Made by a program: the position numbers and the translations under genes. A DNA stretch of 64,000 bases from Pavona decussata (lineage: Eukaryota). The stretch's first letter is position 1; the number at the start of each line of letters is the position of its first letter. Shown in pieces: positions 58,601-64,000 of the stretch. The stretch is from positions 3,224,001-3,288,000 of the forward strand of contig CDRNST010000318.1 in the NCBI GenBank assembly GCA_977016875.1, read 5' to 3'. The notes below the pieces were generated by a model. It had not been told where the DNA came from and made no database searches. It was given only the letters and a program-made list of their open reading frames with translations.

Positions 58601-61600
58601 ATGTAAAAATGGAGAAACAGAATTGCTGTCAACTTAGGTCAACTTTGCTGTTGTTTCTTTCAGTGAAAGTATATGCAATTCATCTTGCGATTAATTTGCA
58701 CGCCATTCATTGGAGTCTATTGGGGAAAGTGTAGACTGGACATGTGTGAAATTCCAGTGAGTCCATCATCCATTCATCAGATTTGATGGTCAGAGTGGAA
58801 GGAAGGTGTTAATGCTGTAAATAATGCTTTTAAAAGAATGTTCTCGGTTACCTTTAAAACTTTTTTAGGCTTGGATGGAATTTTTGTTTCTTTTCTGTTC
58901 ATAATGGCTTCTGATAGCGTTCTTGCCTATAAAGTGTAAACAGTTAGTTGTTGGATGTCACGTTTTACTATTGAATCCCACACGTCTTATGAAATAGACT
59001 GAAAATCACAGGGGACTCAGACAGCTTCTGCGGGCTCCATGTGTTAAAAATCACCCTGTTTCAGATGTCGTTGGGTTCACTTAGTGTTTTGCCCTTCACG
59101 TATAACAAACAGAACAGTGAAACATTGAAATGTCAGTAAAATGGCTTACAAAGTGTCATTTTCAAAGGCAGCAAAACGCGAAGAACGTCCACTGAGCCCG
59201 CACAATTTACGATAGACAAGCTGCTTAGCAACATGAAGCCATGTTTGGGTCCCTTATAGGTTACAGAGAAAAGCCGAACAATGGTCTTGCATGAAGACAA
59301 CCACATAATCATTATGTAAAGAACCGACTTACTGCCCACCTCCAAAAATCCAGCGCCGCTCCCCGAAAAACTATTCTAGTTAATGTCGAAAAAGCGGTTG
59401 TTGTTTATTCCAGCTAACTTACGGCACGCTGCCCTTCACCTCACTGACTCAAATTAGGATCACTTCCAGATGGTCTAATTCAGTTCACAAAATACTCTTT
59501 TTTTTTAAGATTCATAAAATTAGACTTGACACTAGAGTGAAACAAAATTTCCTGGTCTTTTTTTATTTTTATTATTAATTAGTCGTCATCTCTCCAACTT
59601 GAAATAGTTTACGCTACAACTGTCCCTGCTGTTTAAGGCTAATCTGTTATAAATCACTCATCTGCGATCTGATTACCGTCACGCGCGTCAGTTAATACAA
59701 GAATTATATTCGACATCATGTTCTGCTCTGGTTACGGATTACAGACGAAGGAATGTGCGTCCGGCGGTGCTCTTACCTTCCGATCAGAACTTCCTTTGTG
59801 TACATCAACTTCACGAGCAGTCTGCAATACACAAACAACAAAACTTTCAATACAAGTACTCAGTGTAGTTTGGAATCTGACAGAGGAACTGAGCCAGTTA
59901 GTCTACCTCTGAATTCATTAAGGACTCAATCAAGCTGGCTTGCTTTGTGTTGTTCACTGCTTCTCTTACTCCGGTTGACTTGTATTCATACTTGAGGCGA
60001 AGAGAGGAGACTGGGGCTGAAACTGTCAGGAAACAGCGCAGTAAATGTTACTGGTACGAAAAAGTAAAATATGTTACTGAAATTTTGGGATCTATATCTG
60101 ATTGGTTCAGAATTCGTTTTAAGCGAGTCAGGTTATTGCACGCACAGTAGACCACCAATGTTTATTTTTTAATTTTGTTGTTTTGGCTCCGAAAAAAACC
60201 CATTAGTATCGTTGGAAAGAGCATCTCTAAATTACCAAACTTCATACCCTTGCTAGAAGTAAAGAAGGTGAATTATTTTTTTTTACACTGTACACCGGGC
60301 AGGTAGGATTTGAGCACTTTACTCAACAACACTCACTGAGAAATTATTTTGAGATGAATTATTTATTGACGGTTTTCTTGTTCATTAATACGTTACTTTT
60401 TTCTCTTGAAGCCAAATACAAAACTGAGAAGAACCGGTATACAAGATGGAAGACACCGAAGTTGAGCGAGAACAGAGGGCAAAACAGCACAGATACACCT
60501 GCGTCTAGTGTTAGGATCAAAAGAAAAATGTGTGAAAGTACATTCATGACTTGCGTATTCAACTGATTTCATACCTTCCCTCGGGTGGTTGTTTGTCGTT
60601 CCTGCTGCGACTTCTATCTTTCTACTTTTATGGCAACTCTGATCTCTTGTCAGAGCATCCACAGATTTTTCACTGGCAGCGGTCGTGGAAACTATGGATG
60701 GCGGCGTAAATTCCGTCTTATTGGAATGAGTTTTTAATGCTTTGAACTTCATCGCGGACTTGTCTACCTAAATATGAAAAAAATGGATAAGAGGACGAAA
60801 CAAATACAAAGAGCAACACCTATTATTTTTCCCCAAAACGGCATCAAAAACTGATTAAAGAAAGAGCGGCAAGCAAAGGAGAAAAAAAGAGAAAAAAATT
60901 TTGATTGAAACAACAGCATGAACTGGAACAACACATACAAGAATAGCAAAAAATCTGGAACTGAAGCTTCTTTGAATTTTGTTAAATTTCAAAGACAAAT
61001 AACACGTACCATTTTATCAGCTGAACGAAAGAAATGTATCAGGTCTCTTTGAAGTGAGCCAAACTCATTATAAACTTTTACATAAGACTTCATCCAGGCG
61101 GGTAGCTGGTGAAGAGCATCCGGGTATGTGAAACGAACGTCACACAGTAAAATGGCGCCAAAATCCTGCTTGTGACGGATCACACGCCCTACAGCTTGAT
61201 TGACAGCTCTGGAAGCTTGTTGACGGTACCACTGCCGACCGGTCAATCCCTGTGTGATATCAAAAATTAGCCATCATTTACCACGGTTTATTGCAAATGT
61301 GCAAATATGATTGGCTCATTCGTTGTTGACTATTCGCTGTTATCGCATGACAGTCCGTTGGATAAGAACAAGCGCGCGCTCTGATTGGCTTCTTACTAGT
61401 AGGCTATAAGTTCAGAGTACAGAGGCTGTACGAAATGGATGGTGTACAAAAGGCGTCAATGACTGAAAAGTTTCTCTTGATAACCGTAAGTTACTAACAT
61501 TTCCCGCGATACAGGGGTGCCTATATTGTTTTTGCTATTCACATATTCAGCTCGTGCATGAAGAATATTCGTCTGAACGATAGCTATGCGCACATGTCCG

Positions 61601-63911
61601 ACTCGACTTCTTGGAATAGTTTCGATGAGCGGTTGTCAAAGTAGCCTCTCACGTAGTCGTTTTTAGGGGAGTCGTATAACCCACAGAAGGGCGACAGCGT
61701 GGGTGGCTATAGTCAAAGTTGTGAATTCGCTCTGGGTCAACTCGGCTTCGTGGCTTCAATATTTAAATACACATTACCAGGAGCCATAAACTGATTATGG
61801 TTCCTGACATTACCTACTTCTAGCATGAATTAGGAAAAATTTACTAGAAAAAGGTCTGAAGATTGCAAGAGAAAGAAAAAAGATTAATAAGCATATACCT
61901 TGGTCGAGCTTCCCGCTTTCTGAAGGTTTTCGTCCAAAAAATTCATCTTTAACCGAACCTAAGCACAAAATCAAAATTACACTTTATGATGAATATCACT
62001 CTTGATCACTTAATCATCCACTTGACGGTCACAACAAAGGTCACTCACCGGAAAGAAAAAAAAACAAACAAAACAGATGAAATTCTGAGCGATAGTCGCC
62101 CTCTCCTCTCAGTTGATTTAGAATTTATATCTGGGAGCAAAGTTTGCTGATTGGAAGAACAGCGGTTTCTGGTTTCTAATTCTTTTTTTTTCCCAGAGGT
62201 AAAAACACTGACCACAATTGGCCATGTTTTCGTTGATGACGGAGAAGTACACATGTTTCATAACTTTAACTTTGTTGTACAACGCCTTTCGGACTTTACC
62301 TTGGGATCCATTTTTGGAGGGAAAGGAAGACCAGTAATCACCACTGCACGACCGTTAATATCCGCAAAGTCTAGTCCCTCGCTGACCTGAAATCATGTGT
62401 GATTGGAATTAAATTGGATTAAGCACTGCATAGAGCACTGTATAGGCAGATATTCTGCATAGTGGTGCTAAATGAGCACGAACCAGAAGCGCGTGTCACT
62501 TGCGGCAGAGAAAAATGAGACATTTTCTGACCTCCCTGCATTGACCGCGCCCATGCTGAATTAGAAACGTCAAACCCCTTGTTATCATTATGTAAGTCGT
62601 TCTGTATGGGAAAAAAACAATGTGTCGGGTTTAAGTATGGCCCTCGACCCTCAGGGGTGTTGCAGTTTATTCACCTGGCCGTTAAAAACATGAAGGAATG
62701 CTCAATGCGAAATTTACATTTGTCAACTCTGTACCTTTCCTCGACAAACAGCGAAAAACGTTGCAGCATTGTAGTTGGGATCGTTAATCTTTTCATAGAA
62801 CCGCTCCATGGTCTGCGGGAAGAAAACGTGAAATGTAATGTAAGTTTTTATCTTTTCTTCCAAGCACAGTTTATATATTGTCACTCTTCATTTATCAAGG
62901 TATGTTAAAGTTGTCGCAGGTCGCAAGATTACTTTCATCACAAGAGATTTTTGTATGCACGTTCCAGTTTTAAACTTTGCACAAATTTTGGCAGAGATAC
63001 GCAGAGAAAAATTATTAAGTTGTAAAACTGGTGAAATATTTTGGCATCAAATAGCCAAATGACCTTAAGCAGGCACATGACTGATCAAAGGTCACAAATT
63101 GGGGTCCAAATTACATGTAGGCTGATACAGAAAACGGAAAAAAAAGGAAACAAAAAAATTAAATGAATAAAAAAAAACTATTGCAAATGTATGAACTATT
63201 TCACAGTTACTGCAATGATCCACAACTGACCGGCTGCATAGAAAAATATCATTAACTTGGAATATTGACTAAATGACAAAAAACCTCAACAAAGTCTCCT
63301 TTTCCTTTTGGTTCAGCAAAAAGAGGTTTGTGTTGTTCCAATCTTGACCAGGTTCCAGAGTTCTGTGAAAAAAAAAAAAATATTACTTTCTCCCGAAGCA
63401 GAACTCCAAAACGAGATGAGATGCTGGATGCCTTCATGTCAAATGTTTTACCTGCCAATGTTCCAGACACTTGTTCATGACGGGATAGGAAGGAAAAAAC
63501 ACCAGCAAGCCATTTGGAACAGTCCGGGCAAAATTAACTGTGAAAACACAGGGTAACCATGTTCAATATGAAATGAAAATATCTTGCAAAAACACTGGGG
63601 CAAACATAAAGTGTCTGACGTAATAATAATTTATAGACCAGTGAATCAAGGAAACCTTTCTACAAAGTCTAACTTCAAATCTATGAATAAACAACTCAAA
63701 CAACAAAGTGGGTTCGTTTGTTGACAGTATTATGTTTTTTCTTCAATATCAACCACATTTGTTTGCATTCGACATTGAAGAAGTAGGTTTTGGTGTTCGG
63801 GTGGGTCTGTCTCAGATTAGCCCTACCTCACATCTGTAGATGTTACACTGTTCAATCCCATGTTACTCACCAATTGCATTTCCCAATCCTGTCATGTACT
63901 CCACAGTAAAC
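55689..63911 (-). CDS. RTEL1: Regulator of telomere elongation helicase 1, 3' portion (5' end outside window)
   Basis: Exons 63871-63911, 63452-63537, 63285-63362, 62735-62812, 62300-62386, 61899-61958, 61010-61249, 60575-60767, 59907-60016, 59777-59821, 58852-58926, 58194-58226, 57970-58041, 57393-57458, 57102-57180, 56929-57003, 56455-56520, 55828-55910, tentative last exon 55689-55727. Motifs: [69 protein letters not shown], then a harmonin-N-like domain ([28 protein letters not shown]...LLLGFSSYIR). The true 3' end is uncertain. Confidence 0.9.
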
Positions 63912-64000
63912 CTGCAGAATATGTTTTCTTAAAGTAAGAATGTTATAGCAACTTGGGAAAATTTATTCCAGCGTATATTCCATATAGTTGTCAGAGCCTC

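Noticed and set aside
60359-60574. ORF-track extensions 60393-60752 and 60359-60562 as the RTEL1 C-terminus
   Set aside because: A donor at 60574 splices in frame to downstream exons with RTEL1-like sequence ([17 protein letters not shown] domain).

Overview
Eukaryotic, intron-rich, AT-rich animal DNA. It is most likely from an anthozoan/stony coral; this is an inference from the gene set, a CARP1-like acid-rich calumenin and the MITE landscape. Genes assembled by hand from splice sites and protein motifs: HDAC1/2 (minus, 16 coding exons, long C-terminal tail); an acid-rich CREC/calumenin EF-hand protein ending in HDEL (minus); an 876-aa single-exon secreted pectin-acetylesterase/Notum-family hydrolase with a proteoglycan-like, His-rich N-terminal half (minus); ELP3 (minus, 22 exons); a single-exon PH-domain protein (minus); RPS21 (plus); a small single-exon ankyrin protein (plus); and the 3' part of RTEL1 (minus, running off the right edge). 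Several MITEs and a LINE remnant are also present. The most notable signals are four. (1) An intact intron-containing tRNA-Ile with a GAT anticodon, which eukaryotes normally avoid; its intron pairs with G34. (2) Two consecutive minor-spliceosome (U12) introns in ELP3, one with non-canonical AT-AA ends. (3) A PAE/Notum-proteoglycan chimera next to the CARP1-like gene. (4) An ankyrin protein carrying two PKI-like PKA pseudosubstrate motifs. Exon coordinates were read manually and may be off by a few bases.
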